Assembly: GCA_019828565.1 (NCBI GenBank)
Contig: JAHDYR010000005.1
Location: forward strand, 1,377,937 to 1,441,936
DNA from: Carpediemonas membranifera BICM
Taxonomy: Eukaryota; Protista; Fornicata
Direction of reading: 5' to 3'
DNA: 64,000 bases
The notes under the pieces were generated by a model, which saw nothing but the letters and a program-made list of their open reading frames with translations, did not search any database and was not told the DNA's origin. Position 1 is the stretch's first letter, and the number at the start of each line of letters is the position of its first letter. Position numbers and translations under genes: made by a program. This document shows positions 36,441 to 46,959 of the stretch, piece after piece.

Positions 36441-39343
36441 CAACGAGATTGAATGACGAACTCCGTCATCCGTGTCATTGCAAAAAGGTGATTAGCGTCA
36501 GTGACTACATTTATCTTCAACTCATCTACAAATGCAAATATCGAGTGTCTCCACCCCATCATCTCTGCAATCTCTGCAAAGACTGCCATGAGAACTACTC
36601 TGCAATTGCGGGAATCAAACTGAGTAAAACTGACTTGTGCTTGTGTTTTGGCGTGTCTTCGGTTGGGCTGTTGACTGACAGTGTTTATCGGCTGCTACAG
36701 GTTTCTCTCTATTTACAGATCTATTCACATCGAAAACTCGTTGTAATTTGCCATGTAGTATGAACAAAATGTCTTGATCCTTGCCGTGCAGCGCTTCATC
36801 TGCTCTAATTCACCATCAATGCGAGAATCAATGAAGTGCGCTCGTTGAATCCCATAAACAACGTCTAGCTCCAATTCTATCCCTTCAATCGTTAATGCTA
36901 TACGTTTCGCCGGCGATACCGGCGTCGCTCGTGTGTTTTCTTCATCGGGCGTCATCTGAAATGCGCAGTTTATGCGGAGCCTGGTTGGCTGTATAAAAGA
37001 GGTCCAGATGTGTATCTATCCCTGTATTGACTATCGTGCGTGGAAGAGCGGCGAGCTTCTGGAATCAACGGGGCGAATCTGCCCTGTGTATTCCGGCAGC
37101 GCACGGCCCTGCCACACGTCCTAACTCGTCATTAAGGTCGTTAGTGACCCTACAAACACTCATACGCGCATCATCCTACCTTTCATTAACGAGATTGGCT
37201 CTCGCGCCGCCCCAAATGGCCGTATGAACCAGGCGCTTGCCGGTCGCAACCTTTCGTCATCAATAGAACTCTATGCTCGCCACTTCACTGTTCCAGCAGG
37301 GTTATATTGCCAATGGGGACGTTTCAGATGTCTGAGCGAGCGATACTGAGTAAAAGCCGACTTGATATTGATTAGTTGTGGGAAAAGAGGCTTATGCCAT
37401 CTAGAATGAGCGAAAGCATGCTCAGATGGGCAAATATCTCGAATGCTGTCTTGCTATGAGCTCTATCACAGTCATTTCTGGATATCTCCGACATTGCTTC
37501 CGTCATTACCATTTTTTTTCATGCAGGCGGCGTGACCTTAAACTGAACAATAACAATAACTCCCCCAATTGGAAGAGTTCACACCTGAAACCATTATGCC
37601 TGAGGTTTCAGCCAAGGGCGAGTACATTGCCGTCTTTTTAATTCCAATAACTTTAACTTTTTCTTCGCGTTGACCGCCCAAGAATGTTCTCCTTACACGA
37701 CGGTCTGGGCATCATCGTGTAGTAATACTTGTGTTTACTCGGCCTCTTGGTTTTTAGTTGCAGCGTAGAAAAATTCCCTGAGCTGTGCGCTCATCAATAA
37801 CGCCTCTCGACTCGGCCCGAGTCTTTTGCTAAAAATCTCGAGATCTGTTCTGTCCCCTTCGCAGATTTTTGTTGGATCACAAGCACTACTGGTGTAGATC
37901 AGATCCTGCAAAAAACTGCGAAGGGGACAGAGCCAAAGTGGTCGAACTTGAAAAAAATGGCTCTCGTCGTCAAGAAGAAGTCACCCATACTCAGGTCACA
38001 GCTTAGCCCACAGTTAGCCATCAATGCAGTGAATAGAGAACTAGTACTGCTACCCAGCCATACCATTCTTATTTACTGACAGAGCCTGGTTCCTCTGATT
38101 AATTCAAACGTCTTGACTTAAAGTCAAGTTTTGGCCTTGACTTTAAGTCACAAAAACTTGACTTGAAGTCAAGGAATTGACAGTATGTAAGGATTGCAGT
38201 CTATCTTGACGATTGGCTTATACTCCACCAGGACGCAGATACTCTCAAGGCTATGATTCCCATGATCCTTAACCTGCTCACATCATTCGGCATAGTAGTG
38301 AACGCAAAGAAAGCGAGATGGACACCAGCAACGGAACAAGAGTTCTTAGGAATGATAATAGACACTGTGATCACTAAGGAAAAAGGCTTTACAAAGAGAG
38401 CTCGACACAAGGGTGTCGAGCTGGACGGATCAAGACCGTATCAAATACGTATCTCATATATAAATGGCTGACACTTCCCCCCCATGCTCTGTTAAGAGCA
38501 TCACGAAAAGGATACCATTGTTAATCAGGTCTTGGGGGAATAGCCCAAGAGTGCTGACCCTATAACCGTCGATCGCTGGGGAATGACCAGTGATCCGGGG
38601 ATGCCAACTAAGTTCAACTTAGGAGGCTGACCGTCGCGCACACGGGACTTGCGTGTACGCCGGATAGTATCCGTTGACTAGGCTGACGACATAGCGTCCT
38701 AAGCCATCGCCCGGCGTGGAGTCCACCCACGGAAATGAGATTTTCTAGATTGCGCAAAGATTCTACAGATTCGAAAAGACTCGTGGTACCACTAAATAAG
38801 CGCGCTGTGTCATGGGTATCTTACCTGGGGATCCTGCCCCTCCTAGTAGTCGATACATACCAGTGTTCTGTCTGATTGCATCAAACCGTGCAGGTTATGT
38901 CATGCATTCGGCTTGATTCGGAATAGTTGGCGGTTTGTGCCCTTTTTCCGCTATTTCTTACATAGGCTTCGAAAATGCGGTTAATTAGCTCCAATTCCGC
39001 TTCCTTGGCGAGATACGGGCGTTTTCTTCTCTTCGTCTCCACTCGGACTTCTTGTGCCCAGAATACGAGCTCCATCATGAATAACCAACATCACAACCAC
39101 GTTCTACGCATAAACTTTGTCCGTTATCACTTCTTTGAGGGGTTTTCTTCCCCTTTTCCTCGAGATCTCGTCTCGGCATAAAACGCGCGAGAGAATGCGT
39201 GAACGGCTGTCCCTTGGCCAGTATTGGCTATACAGGCGTGCTCAGCGTCTGTAACTTGCACGGTGGGTGTCCTCCTGAGATTATATAACTCATGTATACA
39301 TGTAAATCAAATCTGGGACGCGTCCTAGATTTCAAACGGCGCT

Positions 39344-40672
39344 ATGGCAAACGTTGAGAAGGAACTCTTTGCTGCAATCGACCAGTATATGACGGCCAAT
39401 CCTACTGGTGTGCTCATCTCCGATCTTCAGGCCTTGAAGCGAAAGCACGTCGAGCTGCTGAATGGTGACGGCTCCCAGGAAGCTACTGAGGGTTCTCACA
39501 CGCCTCCATCCACTGACAACACCGCTGAGACCACCGATGGTGATGCCATTTCGCACCAAGAAGCTGGTTCAGCTCCCGATCGCACCGTTCTCCGACCTCG
39601 ACGCTCCGGACGGCACATCACCGACTGCCATCCCGAATCTGCTCAGACCACAATCACCCGCACGAGCGAGCTGGGCGCTGAGTTCAACCAGCGTGTCGTC
39701 GAGGTCCCCGTCCGCCCATTCCACCGACAGACCCGTTACCGCGCCAATGTCGAAACCCCTCGGGCCATTGTGACCGTCGCCGAGGCGACCGAGCCCGCCG
39801 AACCTCTTCCGGCACGCGAGCAGCGTCAGGTCGAGACCTTCCGCACCACCTTTGCGGAGATCAGCACTGCTCGCTTCTCCAACTGCTTCGAAGTCAATTT
39901 CACAGCCCTCCTCGACCGAGTTCAGACCGGGAAGCTCTTCGGCAGCGCTATGACCGAGGTCACGGCTGCTTACGTCTCTGCCGACATCCTTCGTCGGTTC
40001 GCGGAGGTGACGGCCATCGGGTGCGCTCTCCAGCGCTCCATGGAGGGTGTCCAAGACACTCGCGCCGTAGCCGCGGCTCTGGTCCAGGGCGGGACGAGCG
40101 ACCGGTTTGCCACAAACCACGTCGCCACAGCTGAGGGAGCCCTCCTGGCGCTGAAGCGCACTCGGGAGCCGGGTGCCACGGTCTCTCGTGATGTGGTGGT
40201 GGACCTCCTCAAGCGCGTGGTGATGGCGGGCCGACACCCAGCCATGTTCTCGCTGCTTATGGCGGCTGAGAACCGCGGTGCCTCGCGCCTGACCGCCACC
40301 CGCTCCCGCGACTTCGTTCGGGCCTATTGGACCTGTGTCCGGCTTGAGCATCTCCCGGCTATGGAGCTTGCCATGAACAAGGAGCTGTTCACGCTCCAGC
40401 TCACGGACACGTCCGCCGCGTACGGTGTGGTGGAGGTCAAAGAGCACATCGAGCTCTACGAGAACGCCCGCCAGGAGGAGTCGTTCATCCTGCTCGTCCA
40501 GTTTTCGGGCTATCCGCTGCCGTCACTGACCTTCCTGACCCAGGATCTTTGCCGCACCATGCCTGTCACTCGTTATCTCAACGAGCATAACTTATGGCGT
40601 CGCGTTCGTCGGCGCTGGGAGCATGACGGCATCTTCTTTGAGCTTGGTGACAGCCTTGGTGCCATTGAATAA
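39344..40672 (+). CDS. Element D antisense accessory protein (442 aa) with C-terminal degenerate chromodomain
   Basis: Intact ORF convergent with pol; LQLTDTSAAYGVVEVKEH...ILLVQFSGY. Confidence 0.8.
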   Translation: MANVEKELFAAIDQYMTANPTGVLISDLQALKRKHVELLNGDGSQEATEGSHTPPSTDNTAETTDGDAISHQEAGSAPDRTVLRPRRSGRHITDCHPESAQTTITRTSELGAEFNQRVVEVPVRPFHRQTRYRANVETPRAIVTVAEATEPAEPLPAREQRQVETFRTTFAEISTARFSNCFEVNFTALLDRVQTGKLFGSAMTEVTAAYVSADILRRFAEVTAIGCALQRSMEGVQDTRAVAAALVQGGTSDRFATNHVATAEGALLALKRTREPGATVSRDVVVDLLKRVVMAGRHPAMFSLLMAAENRGASRLTATRSRDFVRAYWTCVRLEHLPAMELAMNKELFTLQLTDTSAAYGVVEVKEHIELYENARQEESFILLVQFSGYPLPSLTFLTQDLCRTMPVTRYLNEHNLWRRVRRRWEHDGIFFELGDSLGAIE

Positions 40673-40701
40673 ATCAGATTGTGACTCTCTCTGGGCGCCA
40701 T

Positions 40702-43700
40702 TTACTTGGCCCTTCCCAGGAATACATCCAGTGCTTCACAACCCTTGACATTCCCATATGGTTCCCATGTGTCCTCTGACGGCTCATATCCCAGCCATCT
40801 AACCCGGAACTTCCTGTCTCTCATCCTGGCCTCACTCGTCGACTCTAGTATGGACTCGACCAGATATTCACCGAGCGTGACTGCCGCGAGTTCCTGAGCC
40901 CGTTGCTCGGACAACTCACCCATAAAGGCGCGAACTCTCTCCGAGGCGACCTTCTTTCCTTCTTTGTGTTGACATCCTTGACGACATAGCCCACCGTGAG
41001 GTTCTGCCTCACGATAGGACGCACTAGCTTCATAGGCCCTCGCCATCCTGACGCCAACTTGGACGGCGGTCCATTCGGGTACTTGACCAACACGTAGTCG
41101 GACGAGATAGGTGTCGTTGCTGACACTTTGTCTAGCGCATCTTGGTGCATGACCTTGATTCTCGCCTCTGCCAAGTCTCGGGCTAACTGAGCTGCTTGAA
41201 CATTACTGCTGGGCTGTACAGCCATACTCTGGACGTCTGCCATCATCACGTCTGCCGGGACACGGAAATCGCTACCGAAGATGACCTCGGCCGGTGTTAA
41301 GCGTGTCGCGGTGTGGGGAGACGCGTTGACGATATACTGCGCGACAGGGAGGGAGTCTGACCACAACTCGCTCCGAAGCTGGTATTGCCTGTTGCGTAAA
41401 ATGCGCTCAATGCGGCTGTTCGCCCGTTCCACAATGCCGTTTGACTGTGGATGGTACGGGGTGGTGACGTGAGTAGCAAACCCTACGCGCACCGATAGAT
41501 CTGTGAATAGCTTGTTGACGAACTGCTTGCCACCGTCTGTCTGTAGAACTCTGGGCACGCCGTACCGGAGAATCCATCCGTTGACGAAGGCAGTCACAGC
41601 TTCGTCCGCCCTTGTGGACTTGAGTGGAACGAGCTCGGTCCACCGCGAGGCCATATCAATAATAACTAAGATGAACTTGTACCCGCGAGACTCTGGTAGG
41701 GGGCCAATAGTATCCATGGCTACCCGCTGGAACGGTCGCAGGCTCGCCGTGTGAAGGTACGGTCTGGACGCCTCGGCCGGCTTGGCGGTAAGTTGGCACA
41801 CGGGGCAACGATCTATGACCCGCGCTACCCTATCCACTGGAGCCCGGAGCCCGTTAGATCTCAGCCACTCTACCGTCGTATAAACCGGGAGGTGGGCCTG
41901 GCCGTGCATATGAGCTGCCTGGATCTCGTTATCGGTAGCTGTTGCCTGTCTGGCAGTTGCGGAGAACTCAGCCCGTCCGCCGCTCCGTTGTCAACCCCGG
42001 CCACATGCTTCACTGTGAAGTCTAGGTCTGCGATTGACTCGTACCAACGCTGGACTTTTGCGTTAGACGATCGTGACATGTAGACCAGGTTCCGGTGGTC
42101 AGTGAGGAGAGTAAACGACGTCCAGCACAGGAAACGGCGCCACCTCTGGAGGGCGGTGACAATCGCATACGCTTCCTGTTCGATCGTGCTCCAACGCGTC
42201 TGCACATCTGAGAACGCGTGGGACATATAACACACCGGCTTGCCGTCCTGGAGGAGAACACCCCCGATCCCGAGATCAGACGCGTCTGTCATGACCACAT
42301 GATCCTTCGAAACGTCAAAGTGCTCGAGTGCCGGTGCGTGGCAGAGGCGGTCCTTAACCTTGGCCAGCGCCTCTGCCTGAGGTAATCCGTCCGGAGCCTC
42401 CTTGCCGCTTGCCGCCCGGGCTAACGGTCGGATAAGCTCGGAGAAGTTAGGAACAAAGTCTCTCATAAAGTTGAGGAATCCCATAAGGGCCTGCGCGGCC
42501 TTCTTCGTCTTCGGTAGCCGCAGGCCTTCTACATCGCGGATCCTGTCTGGAGCAATCCGGAAACCCGAGCCGGACACAACCCATCCTAGGAACTCCACTT
42601 CGGCTAGGCCGAAATGCGACTTCTCCTTGTTCAACGATAGCTTGAGCTCGTCACATCGGCGGAGCACCTTAGCGAGGTTGGCCAGATATTCCTGCTCCGA
42701 GCGTCCAAAGATGATAATGTCATCTATATATATAATGCAGGCGTCGCCTAAGAGGTCCTGGAACCCGCGCTCAATCGCGTACTGAAAGTGCGCGCCAGCG
42801 TTCTTAAGGCCGAACGGCATTCCGGTGTATTGGAACTTCCCACGGGGGGTCATAAACGCCGTGTATTGCCTAGAACGCTCGGTCAGCTCGACCTGGTGAT
42901 ACCCTTTCGAGAGGTCGAGAGTGGCGAAGACCTTGGCACCAGCAAGCCTGGTCAAGCACGTGTTAACCTCGGGGATCGGATAGTCGAATGGCGTGGTCAA
43001 ATCGTTGATTCTGCGGAAGTCGACGACCATCCTGGTCTTGTCCTTGCCCTTGGGGACGAGCAATGCTGGAGAAGAGTATGGCGAGAAGCTGACCTCGATG
43101 TATTTCTTCGACAGTAGTTCGTTGACGTGCTCGTCGAACAGGCCCTGCTTCTGGTACGGTATGTAATTGGATCTCGTGGCGACGACGCGGTCCTCCTTGA
43201 GTACGAGGTCGTATGGCTCTAATGCTGAGAACCCTTCTCGAGCATCAAAGCAATGAGCATAAGCTGCGAGGATGCGGTCATGAGTGAGAGTGTAGTCCGA
43301 AGACAGAGTATACGCCTGGAGTGGCTCAAGCTCTGGCACGAAAGGCTCCAAGGCGTCGTCATTGTCAGACTGAGACGGTTCACACAGGCTGGGGAGAATA
43401 CCCCACTCGACCATGGTCTGATATGACAAGAGGAGATCATAAGCACAGTCAACCCCATACGCGGAGACTGTGGTGGATAGACCTTTCGGGGTGAAAGGTG
43501 ACTTACACATCTTCAACGGCACCTCATAACACGTATCAGTCTCGATCGTTCCACCCGGAGTCTTGATCTTAATGGGTGCGGCAAGCTTCGTCGGAATGAG
43601 CTCGGCCGCACTGGCGGAAGCCGGGTTGACAAGAGAAATGTCAGCACCACAGTCGAATAAGACACGGTGCCATGTGGTAGATTCATCGCTACCCATAGGG

Positions 43701-44668
43701 ACGACGGCACTCACGACGGGTAGGGAGCGCTGGCCTTCAGACGCCGACGGAGAAACAGAGACAGAAAAGCATGATCTGGGGTTTACCTGACAGAACTTGT
43801 CTAGGTGCCCCGACTTGCCGCACTTCGCGCACACGGCCTTCTCTCTGGTGCATTCGAAGGCGCGGTGGTTCGGCCTGCCGCAGTTAAAGCAGACGATGTC
43901 TCGCTGGTGACCGCGGTGTTGCGTCTGGTGCTGCGTCTGCTGCTGGCGCTGACCGTGACGTTGGCCTTGCTGGTGGGAGTGCGTCTGGTGCTGGCGGGGC
44001 TGGTGTTGCTGCCGCTTGTCTTGGCGCGGCTGATCCTGAGGCTCGCGCTGCTCTCGCGGGGGGCGGTTGCGGACAGCGGACTGCTTAGAGCGTTGGCGCT
44101 CTTGAGCAGGGGCAGGCTTGGACGTTGAAGTGAGCTTGATTGCTTCCTCCAGACGCTTACATGTCAGGAGGGCGGTCGAAAAGGTCGCGTCAAGTGACAG
44201 GCCCTTGGAGGCGTGAGAAACCTCCTCTCTGAGCGTTTCGTCTTGGATTCCGCGCAAAAACTGGCCGCGAAGGACTGAATCCTTGCCAGTGGGTGCAATG
44301 AGACGGCGACGGGAAGCGAAGCGGTCGATATAGAGAGATAGGCGGCCAATATCGATACCAGTGGTCGATTGGTCGAAAAGGCGGCGCTCGAGGATCGCAT
44401 CGGAGGGCTTAACGGTGTCCACAATCGCCTGGAAGACGATGTCCTCGCGCTCGTGCTTCGTTCTTTTGGAACCATCATCGTGATGTTTTGCGGCCTGATA
44501 CTTTCTGGTAATATCAGTACCCATCGCCTTGCAGTATGAGGTCACCGCGGGTCCGAGTCGCTTAAGCAAGCGCCTCTTTCCGCCCGCGCGAACATGCTTA
44601 TCCAATTTCTCGGCAAATGAGAGGACTGCGTGAATCTCAGGCTGTGTACATAAAGGTCCCTTATCCAT
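40702..44668 (-). CDS. Element D gag-pol (frame breaks near 41965 and 40945)
   Basis: Two CCHC knuckles, FDCGA, YIDD, TDAS, integrase, chromodomain EYLVE...FRVRWLGY..EDTWEP; clearly related to C. Confidence 0.93.
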
Positions 44669-45699
44669 TAGCTTGGAAGTAAGCTTACTGTGATCACTAA
44701 GGAAAAAGGCTTTACAAAGAGAGCTCGACACAAGGGTGTCGAGCTGGACGGATCAAGACCGTATCAAATACGTATCTCATATATAAATGGCTGACAACAC
44801 GAAGGAGATGAAGTTTCGCCTAAGCGAGGCCAAAAGGGCGAAGTACTCGCAAAATGTAGACAAGATCCTCACGGAAAGACGATTCTTACGAAAAGACTTG
44901 CTCAAACTCGTCGGAAGACTAACATTCTGCACCATATGCATAGGACCGGCGGCGTTAGTTCGAACACGCGAACTCTCAATCATCGCTTCAGCAACAAGCA
45001 AGCTGTGGCGGATCCGCAGGACCGACCTGTCAAAGGAAGCCTTCGAAGACCTGAAGTGGTGGAGAGCGGCCCTCTCCAGTGCGCCGAGCAAGAGCTTCTG
45101 CCCAACTCCCCCCTCGGCTCGGGTGGAGACCGACGCGTCCAACACGCACGGCGGGGCCATCTGCTTCTCAAGCGGGGGCTCGCGCGAGTGGAGCACAACG
45201 TGGAGGGGCAAGGAGGCAGAGCTTCACATCACAGCGAAGGAAACGCTGGCGGCCATTAGGGCGCTCCAGGCCTTCCTAGCCCAGAGCAGCCCTCCAAGGA
45301 CAGTCCTCTTAATGTCAGACTCAACCGTAGCATGCAAGTGGGTTCTGAAATCAGGGACAAGAGCCCCCAAGCTCATCAGAGAGGAGGCGAGGAAGCTGGC
45401 AGACATGTTGTTGCGGCACAAGCACACAGTGATCATGAGGCACGTGCCAGGCCGGCTGAACTGGACGGCGGATCGTCTCTCGAGGCCCGGGTCATACGCA
45501 CTGGACCAAGGCGCACCAACAGAGATACTCCTCCAGGCAAGCAGGCGCTGGGGCGCGGTGGAAAGAGACTTATCCGAGGCGGGTGCGGAGCTGTTCATGC
45601 CCGACTGGTCGGGAAGGATGCTGCTCATCCCCCCATACAAGCTGCTAGGAAGGGTCACCCAGCGTCTACACATGATTCTCCCAGGCGGGGTGAACGGTT

Positions 45700-46167
45700 A
45701 ATTCGGCAGCCGTCACCCGACTCTCGCGCACTGGGGCTACTGTGACTGCTGTAAGAAACTCTGAATAGGCACGGCTTTTATTGCCGCCCTTCTTCAACTC
45801 CCTCTCCCGCTTAAAGCACTTCTCCTGCGTGTGTCCAGCCTTTCCGCAAAAGGCGCACTTGACCTTCTTGTGGTCGGGCGCGGCGCGGAGTTCCCACGTC
45901 GTACGGGAGATTAAGTTACGGACGGGGATAGTACCACCGCGGGAGCGATAGGCATAATAAGCCTCTCGGAAAGTCTGCCATTGGGAGACGGTCATTCCAT
46001 CGAGATAAGGGGCTGAAAACAGATCCAGAGCATTTGCATTAAACATGGCTGCGCAGTAATTACTGTGGTGTTGGAAAACACAAATGGCAAGGAGAGTGAT
46101 TTATAGAGTCGACACAATGGGTGTCGACATGACTAAACGAGACCCAATATATAATGTATACGCGACA
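45700..46167 (-). mobile_element. Truncated Gypsy element E: 5' LTR (~46064-46167) plus internally deleted gag
   Basis: gag-like YRSRGG (cf. FKARGG in C) fused to CAFCGKAGHTQEKC; TG..CA segment with the same GACAC/GTGTC hairpin as LTR D; no second LTR. Confidence 0.7.
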
Positions 46168-46959
46168 CTACACCGTCTTAAACGCGATGCGTAGGTACGC
46201 CTCGGGGCGTGGTACAGGCCCAGATGGACTACCGGCCGAGAATGAAGATGAGATGATGAAGAAGATAAAGAATACAATATTCGATCTCTCTCGAGGCTCT
46301 CCAGTTCAGACCAATTTTACCAAGGGGTTAAAACCCCATTCCCCGGTAGTTCCGAGAAGATGGGCGACGCACAGCCCCCCGTGACACTGGAGAGCCTGGA
46401 GGTCAGAGCAAGTTTCCCATCAATCTCGGATATAAATTTGATCTAATCAATTGGAGACTTCGACTTAGGGCGGCGATGACCCTGATAGGCGATGCTACAC
46501 AAACTACGCAAACATCAGAAGACTGTCGAAAACTGAGGAGCTCACTATTCCGGTGCCCACATAGTCCAATTGGACGCCTAGGCAGCTTGTGCTATTAAAT
46601 CCCATAGGGGGATAAATATTTACGGTCCAACTTGCTCTGTGTAAGTCCGAAATATTACAATCCGTGCTCGGCTGACCTTACCAGGGTCGGCCAGCTCAGA
46701 GAGTTTCGAATTTCACACAGTGATTAGGGTGTAGCGTGTTGGGCCGGTCAAAAGTCATCCTCGGAACCCGACAACACAAGAGCGACTGCAAGACCGCAGT
46801 CACTCAAGTCCAGAGTAATGGCAAAGCAGCCAAGTTTGGGTCCAGCCACTAACAACTTCTTCTCTCTTCCTTCTAACATACTGTAACTGTCTAGCTTCTC
46901 GTCTCTTACTCCTCTTTACAACAAAACGCACACTTTTACGATACAAGACGCACGGAACA

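Larger units (their letters stand above)
28406..38187. mobile_element. 9782-bp TIR DNA element with TA duplication, no recognisable transposase, cargo-laden
   Basis: 74-bp TIRs 28406-28479 and 38114-38187 (1 mismatch); TA at 28404-5 and 38188-9; excision restores the YR2 RT frame just before YLDD. Confidence 0.93.
38366..44796 (-). mobile_element. Ty3/Gypsy chromovirus-type LTR element D (6431 bp), nested in YR2 RT
   Basis: Identical 108-bp LTRs 38366-38473 and 44689-44796; TSD ACAC; PPT CATGGGGGGGAAG on minus strand. Confidence 0.95.
11713..45700 (+). mobile_element. Tyrosine-recombinase retrotransposon YR2, in four pieces (11713-12184, 27495-28405, 38190-38365, 44801-~45700); 3' end lost
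   Basis: Removing inserts plus one TSD copy restores frames: YLKTL|DQFGEQ (gag), RLGV|RIAVYLDDWL (RT), FLGMIIDT|KEMKF (RT to RH). Confidence 0.9.
27788..45701 (+). pseudogene. YR2 RT-RNase H-MT-like ORF (27788-28405, 38190-38365, 44801-45701)
   Basis: WRLIHDLR, IDFAKGYYQ, LPFGLSTAP, YLDD, EFLG, TDAS, ADRLSR, LIPPYKLL; RH clearly homologous to but diverged from YR1. Confidence 0.9.

Noticed and set aside
12274-44668. Many frameshifts in gag-pol ORFs as programmed recoding
   Set aside because: Positions are not conserved between elements, several lie in short homopolymers, and host genes are clean; long-read consensus error or decay is more likely. Needs a read-level check.
45737-45744. CTAC|TGTG matching the CTAC right flank of element E as a TSD
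   Set aside because: The following sequence does not match LTR E and the gag frame reads through; possibly chance.
46168-46260. GPDGLPAE motif suggesting a non-LTR RT relic
   Set aside because: Too short, with no further RT motifs; could be decayed YR2 sequence.
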